Source: Syntrophales bacterium
Lineage (GTDB): Bacteria; Desulfobacterota; Syntrophia; Syntrophales; UBA4778
DNA length: 64,000 bases
Direction of reading: 5' to 3'
NCBI GenBank assembly: GCA_963665615.2
Contig: CAXXQE010000008.1
Location: forward strand, 496,001 to 560,000
Below the pieces are notes generated by a model, which was not told where the DNA came from, did not search any database, and worked only from the letters and a program-made list of their open reading frames with translations. Below, piece after piece: positions 33,187-43,217 of the stretch; positions within the stretch are counted from its first letter, which is position 1, and each line of letters opens with the position of its first letter. Both the position numbers and the translations under genes were made by a program.

Positions 33187-35031
33187 ATGCTTCTGCTCAT
33201 GGGGATGCTGATCGCCTTCCTGTTCGGTATCGGTTTCCTCGTTGTCTCCGCCCTGGCCCTTGCGGGGCAAACCTTTGTGCCGGATCTGGCTGCGAAGGTC
33301 GCGCCCGGCCTCCTGCAACTGGTGACCCGTATTGTCACCTCGTGGGGCGTCCTCGTCGTGGCCGCGCTGCTCGGGGTTCCTGTCCTGTGCTTCGTCCGGA
33401 TGCGTCATTATCTCAAGGGCCGCTGGCAGGGCTGGATCTTGCTCGCGACGGTCCTGCTGCTGTCCATCTCCGTCACCGGTATCAACGTCGCGTTCAGCTA
33501 CATCGGCAACTTCTTCACCAATGCGCTGGTCGCCAAGAAGCAGGATCTGGCATATCTCTTCGTCGCGGTCTACTTCACGGGTTTTCTCATCGGCATCCCG
33601 ATCGTCGCCTTCTATCAATACGTCCAGAGCTATCTGGGAATGACCTGGCGCAAGTGGCTGACCAACGCCTTTCTCGTTCGCTACTTTGAGGGCCGCAACT
33701 ACTACCGGATCGAGAACGCCCGCCAGATCGACAACCCGGATCAGCGAATCACCGAGGACATCCGTTCCTTCACGCGCTCGACGCTCGTCTTCGTCCTGAT
33801 CGTTCTGGGATCGCTGCTCGATCTGATCTCCTTCACCGGCATCCTCTGGTCGAAGTCGGTGACGCTCGTCGTGGCGGTTCTGCTCTACTCCATTGCCGGC
33901 ACGACCCTCACCGTGCTGATCGGGCGCCGGCTGGTGCGCCTCAATTTCAATCAACTCCATTACGAAGCGGATATGCGCTTTTCGCTCGTCCACGTCCGCA
34001 ACAACGCCGAGTCGATTGCCTTCTACCGGGGCGAGGAGCCGGAGCGGACGCAGGTCGGCAGCCGTTTCGCTCAGGTTCTGAAAAATTTCAACCTCCTGAT
34101 CGGCTGGCAGCGAAACCTCTCTTTCTTCACGACGGCATACAGTTACCTGCCCGTGGTGCTGCCTTACCTCATCCTCTTCCCGCCCTACTTCAGCGGCAAG
34201 ATCGAATACGGCGACATGGTGCAGGCGGGCTTTGCCTTCTCGCAGGTCTATGCGGCCCTGTCCATGATCGTCTCCCAGTTTGAAGACCTCACGACCTTTG
34301 CCGCAGGCATCCAGCGTCTGTCGAGCTTCTCCGGGAGCATGCAGCCGGCCCCCTCCGGCCTGTCGATGATAGCGACGCATGAAGCGGCCGGACCCGTGGC
34401 GCTCAAGGATGTGACCCTGCTGACCCCGGACCGGCAGCGGACGCTGGTGACCGATCTGTCCGTCGATCTGGCCAGGACGCAGAGCCTGCTGATCGTGGGG
34501 CCCAGCGGCATCGGGAAGAGCTCGCTTTTGCGCGCCATTGCCGGGCTCTGGACCGATGGCGCAGGCGAGGTCGTGCGGCCGCCCCTGGGCGAGATGATCT
34601 TCCTGCCGCAGCGGCCTTACATGCTACTGGGCACGCTGCGCGATCAACTGCGCTATCCCGATCCAGGCCGCGAGATCGGCGACGACGAACTGCACGCGAC
34701 ATTGGAAAAGGTCAACCTCGCGGATCTCCCCGGACGCGTCGGCGGCTTCGATGTGGAGCTGGACTGGGCCGATGTCCTGTCCCTCGGCGAGCAGCAGCGG
34801 CTGGCCTTTGCGCGCCTGCTGATCGGCCGGCCCCGCGTGGCGGTGCTCGACGAGGCGACCAGCGCCCTCGACGAGCCCAACGAAGCCGCCCTCTACCGCC
34901 AGCTCGCCGCGCTCGATATCCGCTACCTCAGCGTCGGCCACCGCAGCAGCCTTCTCAAGTATCACCAGAACGTGCTGAAACTCGAAGGCCCGGAGCACTG
35001 GGAACTGCTGCCCGCGGGACGGGCAGTTTGA
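33187..35031 (+). CDS. ABCD/YddA/BacA-type fused ABC transporter
   Basis: IDNPDQRITED, NAESIAFYRGE, GPSGIGKSS, LSLGEQQR, LDEATSALD, SVGHR. Confidence 0.92.
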   Translation: MLLLMGMLIAFLFGIGFLVVSALALAGQTFVPDLAAKVAPGLLQLVTRIVTSWGVLVVAALLGVPVLCFVRMRHYLKGRWQGWILLATVLLLSISVTGINVAFSYIGNFFTNALVAKKQDLAYLFVAVYFTGFLIGIPIVAFYQYVQSYLGMTWRKWLTNAFLVRYFEGRNYYRIENARQIDNPDQRITEDIRSFTRSTLVFVLIVLGSLLDLISFTGILWSKSVTLVVAVLLYSIAGTTLTVLIGRRLVRLNFNQLHYEADMRFSLVHVRNNAESIAFYRGEEPERTQVGSRFAQVLKNFNLLIGWQRNLSFFTTAYSYLPVVLPYLILFPPYFSGKIEYGDMVQAGFAFSQVYAALSMIVSQFEDLTTFAAGIQRLSSFSGSMQPAPSGLSMIATHEAAGPVALKDVTLLTPDRQRTLVTDLSVDLARTQSLLIVGPSGIGKSSLLRAIAGLWTDGAGEVVRPPLGEMIFLPQRPYMLLGTLRDQLRYPDPGREIGDDELHATLEKVNLADLPGRVGGFDVELDWADVLSLGEQQRLAFARLLIGRPRVAVLDEATSALDEPNEAALYRQLAALDIRYLSVGHRSSLLKYHQNVLKLEGPEHWELLPAGRAV

Positions 35032-35046
35032 AGCGGCTTACGCCGC

Positions 35047-35084
35047 AGTGACGGGTGAAAAACAGTAACGAGTGACAAGTTACA
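35047..35084 (+). repeat. Heptamer array (AGTGACN-type)
   Basis: agtgacg ggtgaaa ... agtaacg agtgaca agttaca. Confidence 0.65.
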
Positions 35085-35103
35085 AGAGCCGCGCGTTGTC
35101 TCT

Positions 35104-35218
35104 GTCATGCCCGCGCAGAGACTGTGTCGTAATAGTCATTGCGAGGAGCGGCAGCGACGCGGCAATCTTTCAACTCACTGAAAACATTAGATCACCACAT
35201 CGCCTGAGAGGTGGCGAC
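35104..35218. mobile_element. Composite: family D palindrome interrupted by a GAGACTGTGTCG-ended MITE carrying a family B doublet (right end lost)
   Basis: GTCATGCCCGCGCA|GAGACTGTGTCGTAAT-REP-spacer-partial REP; homologous to the reverse complement of 46730-46837. Confidence 0.75.
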
Positions 35219-35297
35219 CACCCGCGGCTGTTGCTGAAATGATGTGGATAAATATCCCTGTTGGGCCGATAATCAAACGAAAGACTGAAGGGACAGC

Positions 35298-36191
35298 ATG
35301 AAACCGTATAACGTTGACATTCTTGACCTGATCGGCAACACGCCGCTCGTCAAACTGAGAGGCGAGAATATCGTCGCCAAGGCGGAGTTTCTCAATCCCG
35401 GCGGCAGCATCAAGGATCGTATCGCCCTGGCGATGATCGAGGCGGCGGAGCGGGACGGCAGCCTGAAGCCGGGCATGACCATCGTCGAGCCGACCTCCGG
35501 CAATACCGGCATCGGCATCACGCTGGTCGGGGTGGCCAAGGGGTACGAGGTTTACATCGTGATGCCCGAGGGCATGAGTCAGGAGCGAAAGAACATCATC
35601 AAGGTGCTTGGCGGTCATCTCATCCTCACGCCGGACTGCGAAAGTGTCGCCGGTGCGGTTCGGAAAGCGGAGGAACTGGTCAAGCAGTTCAAGGGCTTCA
35701 TGCCGAACCAGTTCAAGAATCCGGTCAATGCGCTGGCCCACTATGAATCTACCGCGCCGGAACTCTGGCAGCAGACAGGGCAGAAGGTCGATGCCTTTGT
35801 CTCCGGGATTGGAAGCGGCGGCACCATCCAGGGCGTGGGGTCTTTTCTGAAAAAACACAATCCGGATGTGACGATTGTTGCCGTCGAACCCAAAAATGTC
35901 TCCGCATTGCTGGGGCACGAGCCGGGGCTCCATCAGATCCAGGGTATCGGCGACGGTTTCATTCCCGACATTCTGGATGTTTCCCTGATCGACCGGATCA
36001 TCGAGGTGTCCGATGAGGACGCCATTGCCACGACGCGCGGGCTTGCCGCGAAGAATTCGCTTTTGTGCGGCACGTCGTCCGGGGCAAATATCTGGGGCGC
36101 GCGGCAGATCGCCAGGGAGCATCCGGACTGGGTCATCGCCACGGTGCTTCCGGACCGGGCGGAAAGGTATTTCAGCACAGGGTTGCTTTGA
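35298..36191 (+). CDS. cysK: Cysteine synthase
   Basis: IGNTPLV, NPGGSIKDR, EPTSGNTG, HQIQGIG, PDRAERYFST. Confidence 0.92.
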   Translation: MKPYNVDILDLIGNTPLVKLRGENIVAKAEFLNPGGSIKDRIALAMIEAAERDGSLKPGMTIVEPTSGNTGIGITLVGVAKGYEVYIVMPEGMSQERKNIIKVLGGHLILTPDCESVAGAVRKAEELVKQFKGFMPNQFKNPVNALAHYESTAPELWQQTGQKVDAFVSGIGSGGTIQGVGSFLKKHNPDVTIVAVEPKNVSALLGHEPGLHQIQGIGDGFIPDILDVSLIDRIIEVSDEDAIATTRGLAAKNSLLCGTSSGANIWGARQIAREHPDWVIATVLPDRAERYFSTGLL

Positions 36192-36207
36192 GATTCTCAG
36201 AGGGCTC

Positions 36208-37323
36208 ATGCATGACGTCATCATTGTAGGCGGTGGACCCGCAGGTTGCGCGGCAGCGTATGATCTGGCGTGCGCAGGCCTATCCGTCGTCATTCTGGAC
36301 AACAGAACCTTTCCCCGGCCCAAGCCCTGTGCGGGCATGCTGACCATCAAGACCGTCAATCTGCTTCGCTATCCAGTCACACCGGTTATCCGGGAAACAA
36401 TCCGGGGGCATCAGGCTGGGCTGACCCCGCGGTGCGCGATGCGCGTCGAGGGGCAACGTCCGATTGCCGTAACCACCGTGCGCGCGGAGCTCGACGCCTT
36501 CTGTCTGAACGAGACGATGCGCCGCGGCGCCGCGTTTGAAACGATTCCGGACGTGCGCGCCATTCAGGAGGACAAGGACGGCGTGGCGCTGGTGGACGGC
36601 CATCATCGCCGTTTTCGCGGCCGTTATCTCATCGGGGCGGACGGCGCGAACAGTCAGGTGCGGAAGCTCTCGGGCGAATGCCCCAGCCACTGCCGGGCGA
36701 TGGCGATCGAAGGCCTGATTCCCTCGTCGAAAGGTATGCTGCAGCCCCTCGTCACCTTTGATTACAACGTAGTGAAAAAAGGCTATGGATGGCTCATCCC
36801 GAAGGGCGATCATATCAACGCGGGGCTGTATTCCTTCCGTTCCGCTCTAGAGACCATCAGCAAGGCCGCATTAAAATCATACGTTCAGAGGCAATTGGGC
36901 ACGGACCGGATCGAAGAGATCGCTGGCGCTCCGGTCGGGCGGGGCGGGGAACATTACCGGCCGGGCCTGCAGCGCATATTCCTCGTCGGGGATGCCGCCG
37001 GGCTGGCGGAGCCGCTTTGGGGAGAGGGCCTTCATAATGCCATCAAGTCCGGTCAGGCGGCGGCTCACGCCATTGTGCAGGCGATCGGCTCCGGCGTGGA
37101 GGCCCGGCCGATCTATGACCGGCTGCTTGAAGACATTCGGCGCGATATTCTGAATTGCGGAAAGATTGCCAGGTGGTTTTATACGCTGCCGCTCTCCGTT
37201 TATTTGATGCTCAAGCTCTCACCGCTGCGGTCCGCCCTGCTCAACGGTTTTGCCGACGGCCTGACGGTGACGGAAATCAAGAGGCGATTCTTTGCGGGAT
37301 TGTTCGGACGTTCCCCTGAATAG
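36208..37323 (+). CDS. Geranylgeranyl reductase family FAD oxidoreductase (probable start ATG 36208)
   Basis: DVIIVGGGPAG, FPRPKPCAG, GADGANS, GYGWLIPK, VGDAAG..EPLWGEG. Confidence 0.88.
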   Translation: MHDVIIVGGGPAGCAAAYDLACAGLSVVILDNRTFPRPKPCAGMLTIKTVNLLRYPVTPVIRETIRGHQAGLTPRCAMRVEGQRPIAVTTVRAELDAFCLNETMRRGAAFETIPDVRAIQEDKDGVALVDGHHRRFRGRYLIGADGANSQVRKLSGECPSHCRAMAIEGLIPSSKGMLQPLVTFDYNVVKKGYGWLIPKGDHINAGLYSFRSALETISKAALKSYVQRQLGTDRIEEIAGAPVGRGGEHYRPGLQRIFLVGDAAGLAEPLWGEGLHNAIKSGQAAAHAIVQAIGSGVEARPIYDRLLEDIRRDILNCGKIARWFYTLPLSVYLMLKLSPLRSALLNGFADGLTVTEIKRRFFAGLFGRSPE

Positions 37324-37467
37324 GGAGGCACATTGCGGGGGACATGACGCTCCGCCAACAAACGACTGCGTGAAGTCTTGATGGTACCGATGAAGATGTG
37401 AAGTGTGTAGCGCTTGGATCAGCCGCCGCCGTAAGCGGTCGGCTGCATCCGGGGGTTATGAGCCGCT

Positions 37468-37986
37468 CTATTTCGGTCTTTCCATCAAGGCTATTCTCCC
37501 GTTTTGGACCTTCCAATATCCCACTTCTGTCCTTACATAAATGGGATTCTTGTACTTCAAAGACAGGAAGACGTGAAACTCAGACGGAGCAGAAGACATG
37601 GGATGGGTTATGTATGCAGCCACCGCGTTGTCAGGTGGCGGTGGTGTCGCAAAACAGGTTATGGTCGATTTGGTAACGCCCCCCTCCGAAACCCTGTAGT
37701 GACGACCGAAGACAATGCCGCCTGCAGAAGGTGGTTCAGCGATGAAGTAAGTGTCCTTCCCGACCGCGTAGGGCTCATAGACAAAATCACAGAAATCATT
37801 AACTTTGGCTTTAGCCGTTTCCGCATTTTCGCCATGGATGGAACCCTTTGCGTATGCATCGTACAAAGCTCTCCCGTCCTTTAGCGCCTGCTCTACCTGG
37901 GGCTGCAACATTTGTGGGATATCGAGACAGAAGGCCTGTACAGGGCAGACAAGGGCAATGACAAAGAGAGCGATTAATGTTTTCAT
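37468..37986 (-). CDS. Hypothetical exported protein
   Basis: Signal-peptide-like MKTLIALFVIALVCPVQA; GAGG RBS; AT-richer context. Confidence 0.7.
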   Translation of the reverse strand: MKTLIALFVIALVCPVQAFCLDIPQMLQPQVEQALKDGRALYDAYAKGSIHGENAETAKAKVNDFCDFVYEPYAVGKDTYFIAEPPSAGGIVFGRHYRVSEGGVTKSTITCFATPPPPDNAVAAYITHPMSSAPSEFHVFLSLKYKNPIYVRTEVGYWKVQNGRIALMERPK

Positions 37987-38230
37987 TTTATTTCCTCATA
38001 GCAATTAATATACCAGGTTGGCTTTTCCTGAAAATTTCGGATGATCCTACATCATTTCCCGGGAAACAAAAAGTGAAAACCCTATGAATAGCGGTGATTA
38101 ATTCTTATGGACGATTGGCTTTTAACGGTAATAAGGACAAAAGCCAAGCAGGTATAACGTGGGAAATTTGGCCGGCATTAAAGAAAACGGTAATGACGCC
38201 GGCAGTGATCGCATTCCTTAACCGATTGTC

Positions 38231-38902
38231 CTATCTCAGAGCCAGCAAGACGGCATAGACGAGGGCGGGCAGGAGGTTGCCGACGCGGATGCGGGTCAGA
38301 TTCAACAGGTTGATGGCGATGGCGACGATGAGCAGTCCCCCGGTACTGGTAATCGCCCCCAGGATGGCGGGTTGCTGGAGGAAGGCCAGCTTTGCAGCCA
38401 GCAGGGTGAAGGCGCCCTGTACGACAAAAACGCTCGCGGCGGAAAAGAGCACCCCGATTCCCAGGGTGGAGGCAAAGGCGATAGAGGCCACGCCGTCGAG
38501 CATCGCCTTGATGTAGAGGGTCGTGGCGTTTCCCGAGGTTCCGTCCTGGATGGCGCCGACGATGACCATGGCGCCCGTGCAGTAGAGAAGAGAGGTTGTG
38601 ACAAATCCTTCGATGAAGGTGGAGGACTCGGAGCGCGCCCGCTTTTTCAGCCAATGGCCGATTCGCGCCATGCCGTCCTCGATCCGAAGGAGCTCTCCCG
38701 TTATCGCGCCCAGCAGCAGGCTCCCCACGATCGGAATGACCTCTTGGGTCGAAAGGGCCATCCGCAGACCGATGAGCAGGGTCGAAAGCCCGAGGGCCTG
38801 CATCAGAAGGGTTTTGAAGCGTTCGGGGATGCGCCGTCCAGCAGCAAGGCCGATCAGGCTTCCGGCAATAATGGTTCCGGTGTTGACCAGGGTTCCAGTC
38901 AA
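38231..38902 (-). CDS. DUF554 (YdfK/YqgA-like) membrane protein
   Basis: GTLVN, GFVTTSLLYCTGAM, KAMLDG, GNLLPAL. Confidence 0.88.
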   Translation of the reverse strand: MTGTLVNTGTIIAGSLIGLAAGRRIPERFKTLLMQALGLSTLLIGLRMALSTQEVIPIVGSLLLGAITGELLRIEDGMARIGHWLKKRARSESSTFIEGFVTTSLLYCTGAMVIVGAIQDGTSGNATTLYIKAMLDGVASIAFASTLGIGVLFSAASVFVVQGAFTLLAAKLAFLQQPAILGAITSTGGLLIVAIAINLLNLTRIRVGNLLPALVYAVLLALR

Positions 38903-39027
38903 GATTCAATCCTCATGATATGTCGCTTTTCTTCGTCGGCATTGACTTCAGAAGTACTGAATACCTCATATCATGTTAAGCCTTGGCGTGACGAGGTGAA
39001 ATTTACCCTTCCTTTCGTTCATCTCAC

Positions 39028-39056
39028 CTTGACAGATCGGAAAAAGAAACCATATT
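39028..39056 (+). promoter_or_regulatory. Candidate heat-shock (sigma32-like) promoter of htpG
   Basis: CTTGACA-N15-CCATAT upstream of htpG. Confidence 0.4.
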
Positions 39057-39177
39057 AATTTGGTTATGGCGATTATAGATGGTGCACTGAAATTAGCCGG
39101 TTACTATAACCTGTCATGGCGTAATTTCCTTGAACTCATTTAAAAAGCTGAAGAATTCAAAAAAAGGTTGGTGAATC

Positions 39178-41091
39178 ATGGAAGGAAAAATCGAAACCCA
39201 CCAGTTTAAGACCGAAGTTCAGCAACTCATGAAGATTATTATCCACTCCCTCTATTCCAACCAGGAGATTTTTTTGAGGGAGTTGATCTCCAATGCTTCT
39301 GATGCCATCGACAAGCTCCGCTTCCGCGCGCAGACGGAACCCGATCTTCTGGGCGACGACACGGAATTCAAGATCCGGATCGCAGCGGATAAGAAGAAGC
39401 GGACCCTGGAGGTTTCGGACAACGGCATCGGCATGACCCACGACGAGGTTCTGGAGAATATCGGAACCATTGCCAAAAGCGGGACAGCGGGCTTCCTGGA
39501 ATCGATCCACGCGGCGGGCGAGCAGGGCGCCATTCCGCCGGAGTTGATCGGGCAGTTCGGTCTCGGTTTTTACAGCGCCTTTATCGTTGCCGACAAGGTG
39601 ACCCTCGTGACCCGCGCCGCCGACAGCGAGCGGGGCGTCAAATGGGAGTCCTACGGCGATGGTACTTTCACCATCGAAGCGGTCGAGAAAGCCAGCCGGG
39701 GTACGACGATCCTGCTGAATTTGAAAAAGACTGAAAAGGACGAGCAGGATTTCACTGAGGAGTGGACGATCCGGGGCATTGTAAAGCGGCACTCCGATTT
39801 TGTCGCCTATCCCATCGTTATGGATGTGGAGCGCACGGAGCCGATCCTTGACGAGGATGGCAAGCCGGACAAGGACAAGACGCAGAAGGTCGTCCGCGAA
39901 GAGACGCTCAACTCCATGAAGGCGATCTGGACGAAGGACAAGAAAGAGGTTACCGAAGAGGAACACAACGAATTCTATCGCCACATCAGCCACGATTGGA
40001 ACACCCCGCTTGACCGGCTGCACGTGAAGCTCGAGGGGACGACGGAATACACGGCCCTGCTGTACATCCCGTCGAAGGCCCCCTTCGATCTCTTTACCCC
40101 CGAGCGGAAGCACGGCATCCAGCTCTACTCCAAGCGCGTTTTCATTATGGAGGACTGCAAGGAGCTCATGCCGCAGTACCTGGGCTTCATCAAGGGGGTC
40201 GTGGATGCGCCGGACCTCAATCTGAATGTCAGCCGCGAGATCCTCCAGCAGGATGTGCTCGTCCGCAACATCCGGAAGAATCTCGTCAAGAAGACGTTGG
40301 ATCTTCTGGCCGGGATGGCGTCAGAAAAGTATGAGGCCTTCTTTACGGAATTCGGCGCCATCTTCAAGGCCGGCATTTCCCAGGATCACGACAATAAAGA
40401 CAAGATTGCGTCCCTGCTTCGCTACAGAACCACCAAGTCCGACGGGAAATTCGCGTCCCTGGCCGATTATGTGAGCCGGATGCAGCCGGAGCAGAAGGAG
40501 ATCTATTACATCACGGGCGACAACCTGACCACGCTGTTGAACAGTCCGCATCTGGAACGCCTGAAGGACAAGGACATCGAGGTGATCCTCATGACCGATC
40601 CGATCGATGAATGGGTGATCCGCGATCTTCATGAGTTCGACAAGAAGACCTTCAAGAGCGCCGAGAAGGGTGACCTCGATCTGGACAAGGTCGATGACAA
40701 AAAGAAAGAGGAATTCAGTGCGCTCTTCGAGTTCATCAAGACCGGCCTGGACGATAAGATCAAGGAGGTCAAGCCCTCGACCCATCTCAAGGATTCTGTG
40801 GCTTGCCTGTCCGGAGACGCTTATGACATGAGCGCCTATATGGAGAAGATTCTCAGGGCCAGCGGCCAGGATATGCCCAGGATTAAGCGGGTTCTGGAGC
40901 TCAACACGGACCATCCCCTCCTTTCCAGGATCAAGACCATCCATGACAAGGACAAGGAGGCCGCCGTGCTGAAGGACTATACCGATCTGCTCTTTGATCT
41001 GGCGGTCATTTCTGAGGGCGGCAAGATCGACAACCCGTCCCGGTTCAGTAAATTGATCGGGGAGTTGATGGTCGGCGCCATCGATGGCTGA
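39178..41091 (+). CDS. htpG: Chaperone HtpG (Hsp90)
   Basis: [43 protein letters not shown]. Confidence 0.97.
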   Translation: MEGKIETHQFKTEVQQLMKIIIHSLYSNQEIFLRELISNASDAIDKLRFRAQTEPDLLGDDTEFKIRIAADKKKRTLEVSDNGIGMTHDEVLENIGTIAKSGTAGFLESIHAAGEQGAIPPELIGQFGLGFYSAFIVADKVTLVTRAADSERGVKWESYGDGTFTIEAVEKASRGTTILLNLKKTEKDEQDFTEEWTIRGIVKRHSDFVAYPIVMDVERTEPILDEDGKPDKDKTQKVVREETLNSMKAIWTKDKKEVTEEEHNEFYRHISHDWNTPLDRLHVKLEGTTEYTALLYIPSKAPFDLFTPERKHGIQLYSKRVFIMEDCKELMPQYLGFIKGVVDAPDLNLNVSREILQQDVLVRNIRKNLVKKTLDLLAGMASEKYEAFFTEFGAIFKAGISQDHDNKDKIASLLRYRTTKSDGKFASLADYVSRMQPEQKEIYYITGDNLTTLLNSPHLERLKDKDIEVILMTDPIDEWVIRDLHEFDKKTFKSAEKGDLDLDKVDDKKKEEFSALFEFIKTGLDDKIKEVKPSTHLKDSVACLSGDAYDMSAYMEKILRASGQDMPRIKRVLELNTDHPLLSRIKTIHDKDKEAAVLKDYTDLLFDLAVISEGGKIDNPSRFSKLIGELMVGAIDG

Positions 41092-41223
41092 CCCGTTGCG
41101 GTTGTTTTTTTGAAGCGGTTAGAGAAATTTTTTAGAGTGCTATCAAGGGAGGCGATAAAAAAGCCTCTTTATTTAATGGGTTATTCAATAAATGGCCGTT
41201 CTGTCCGGATAGCCTCAACGGCC

Positions 41224-41252
41224 TTGACACCTTCGGGTCACTTACGTATAAT
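41224..41252 (+). promoter_or_regulatory. Perfect consensus sigma70 promoter of the hydrogenase operon
   Basis: TTGACA (41224-41229)-N17-TATAAT (41247-41252). Confidence 0.8.
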
Positions 41253-41293
41253 CCGCGCCACGAAATTGGATGTTCTTATTGAAGAGGAACGAT

Positions 41294-43213
41294 ATGGGTA
41301 GTGAGTTAATGGAGAAACTGCTTGACCTTCACCGGCAGGCCGAAGAGAGGCTTCGCAAGGAGAAGTTGAGCTTGAAATACCGGATCACCGTGGGATCCGC
41401 AACGTGCGAGAATGCCGCTGGCGCTAATGACGTGTATGAACAGTTAAAGGCCTTGATCGCTCAGAACAAGGTCAAGAATGTTGCCCTGAGCCGCGTGGGA
41501 TGTACCGGACGCTGCGCCATGGAGCCCGTGGTGACTGTCTACGCCAAAGGTGCGCTGCCGGTTAAGTACATCGGGATGCGCGGCGAGAAGGTGGCGACGA
41601 TGTTTCAGTCGCACATTCTCGGGGACAAGCCGGTGGACAATTTGGCGATGCCGCACGAGGCGGCCAAGGGCGGTGCCTTCTCGGAAGAGGCGCTCTGGAC
41701 GGACTCCCATCTGGCGGATCGTTTTTCCTCCGTCTTCGGCGACGTGCCCTTCTTTGCCAAGCAGATGCGCGTCACGCTGCGCAACTGCGGGGTCATCGAT
41801 CCCGAGAGCCTGGATGAGTACCTGGTGGTTCGCGGATACGAGGCGGCCGTTCGGGTGCTGACGGAGATGACCCCTCAGGATGTCATCAAAGAGGTCACGA
41901 AGTCCGGGCTGCGCGGGCGCGGCGGCGGCGGGTTCCCGACGGGCGTCAAATGGGATTTCGCGGCGATCCAGAAGAGCGACGAAAAATACATCATTTGTAA
42001 CGCCGACGAGGGCGACCCCGGCGCCTTCATGGATCGCAGCACGATCGAAGGGGATCCCCATACGGTAATCGAGGGCATGATCATCGGCGGTTATGCGATC
42101 GGCGCCAACAAGGGTTTTGTCTATATCCGCGCGGAGTATCCGCTGGCCATTCACCGTCTGGAGGTCGCCATCGAAGCGGCCCGTAAAGCGGGGTTCCTGG
42201 GCAAGGGGATATTCGGAACCGACCGGGATTTCGATATCGAGATCCGACTGGGCGCGGGCGCGTTCGTCTGCGGCGAGGAAACGGCGCTTATTCGCTCAAT
42301 CGAGGGGACGCGCGGCATGCCCGCTCCGAGGCCGCCCTATCCGGCGGTGCGCGGCCTGTGGGGCAAGCCCACGGTCATCAACAACGTCGAGACCTTTGCG
42401 AACATTCCCGTTGTCATTCTGGAAGGCGCCGACTGGTTTGCCGCTATCGGCACGGAAAAGAGCAAGGGGACGAAGGTCTTCGCCTTGGCAGGCCAGGTCT
42501 CCAACACAGGCTTGGTCGAGGTGCCGATGGGGACCACCCTGCGCGACGTTGTCTACGATGTGGGCGGCGGGATTCTCAACAACAAGAAATTCAAGGCCGT
42601 GCAGACGGGCGGTCCGGCGGGCGGGTGTCTCCCCGAGTCCTTCCTGGACACGCCGGTCGATTACGACTCTCTGACCGCAGCCGGCTCGATGATGGGCAGC
42701 GGCGGCATGATCGTTCTTGACGGCAGTTCCTGCATGGTGGACGTCGCCCGATTTTTCCTGGATTTCACCCAGGATGAGTCCTGCGGCAAGTGTACGCCCT
42801 GCCGGGAGGGGACCAAGCGCATGCTGGAGATCCTCGACGGCATCATCGCCGGCAAGGGCAAGGAAGGCGATATCGAAAAGCTCCTCCGGCTGGGAGATAC
42901 CGTCAAGAAGAGTTCCCTGTGCGGTCTGGGCCAGGCAGCCCCGAACCCCGTCCTCAGCACGATCAAGCATTTCCGAGACGAGTACGAGGCGCATATCCGC
43001 GACAAGCACTGCCCCGCCGGGGTGTGTACGGCGCTGCTCCTCTATACCATCATCGAGGACAAATGCGTCGGCTGCGGGCTCTGCAGGAAGAGATGCCCGG
43101 TTAACTGCATTAGCGGGAAACTGAAAGAGATTCATAAAATCGACACAGCGGCCTGTATCCGTTGCGGACAGTGTTTCAATGCGTGCAAATTCGGCGCTGT
43201 GGACAGGAAGTAA
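41294..43213 (+). CDS. hydB: [FeFe]-hydrogenase diaphorase (NuoF-like) subunit (probable start ATG 41294)
   Basis: GLRGRGGGGFPTG, NADEGDPGAFMD, GAGAFVCGEE, ESCGKCTPCREG, two C-terminal 4Fe-4S motifs. Confidence 0.93.
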   Translation: MGSELMEKLLDLHRQAEERLRKEKLSLKYRITVGSATCENAAGANDVYEQLKALIAQNKVKNVALSRVGCTGRCAMEPVVTVYAKGALPVKYIGMRGEKVATMFQSHILGDKPVDNLAMPHEAAKGGAFSEEALWTDSHLADRFSSVFGDVPFFAKQMRVTLRNCGVIDPESLDEYLVVRGYEAAVRVLTEMTPQDVIKEVTKSGLRGRGGGGFPTGVKWDFAAIQKSDEKYIICNADEGDPGAFMDRSTIEGDPHTVIEGMIIGGYAIGANKGFVYIRAEYPLAIHRLEVAIEAARKAGFLGKGIFGTDRDFDIEIRLGAGAFVCGEETALIRSIEGTRGMPAPRPPYPAVRGLWGKPTVINNVETFANIPVVILEGADWFAAIGTEKSKGTKVFALAGQVSNTGLVEVPMGTTLRDVVYDVGGGILNNKKFKAVQTGGPAGGCLPESFLDTPVDYDSLTAAGSMMGSGGMIVLDGSSCMVDVARFFLDFTQDESCGKCTPCREGTKRMLEILDGIIAGKGKEGDIEKLLRLGDTVKKSSLCGLGQAAPNPVLSTIKHFRDEYEAHIRDKHCPAGVCTALLLYTIIEDKCVGCGLCRKRCPVNCISGKLKEIHKIDTAACIRCGQCFNACKFGAVDRK

Positions 43214-43217
43214 GTAG

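Noticed and set aside
41119..41143. Possible CIRCE near htpG (GAGTGCTA)
   Set aside because: Only a half-site, and it lies downstream of htpG.
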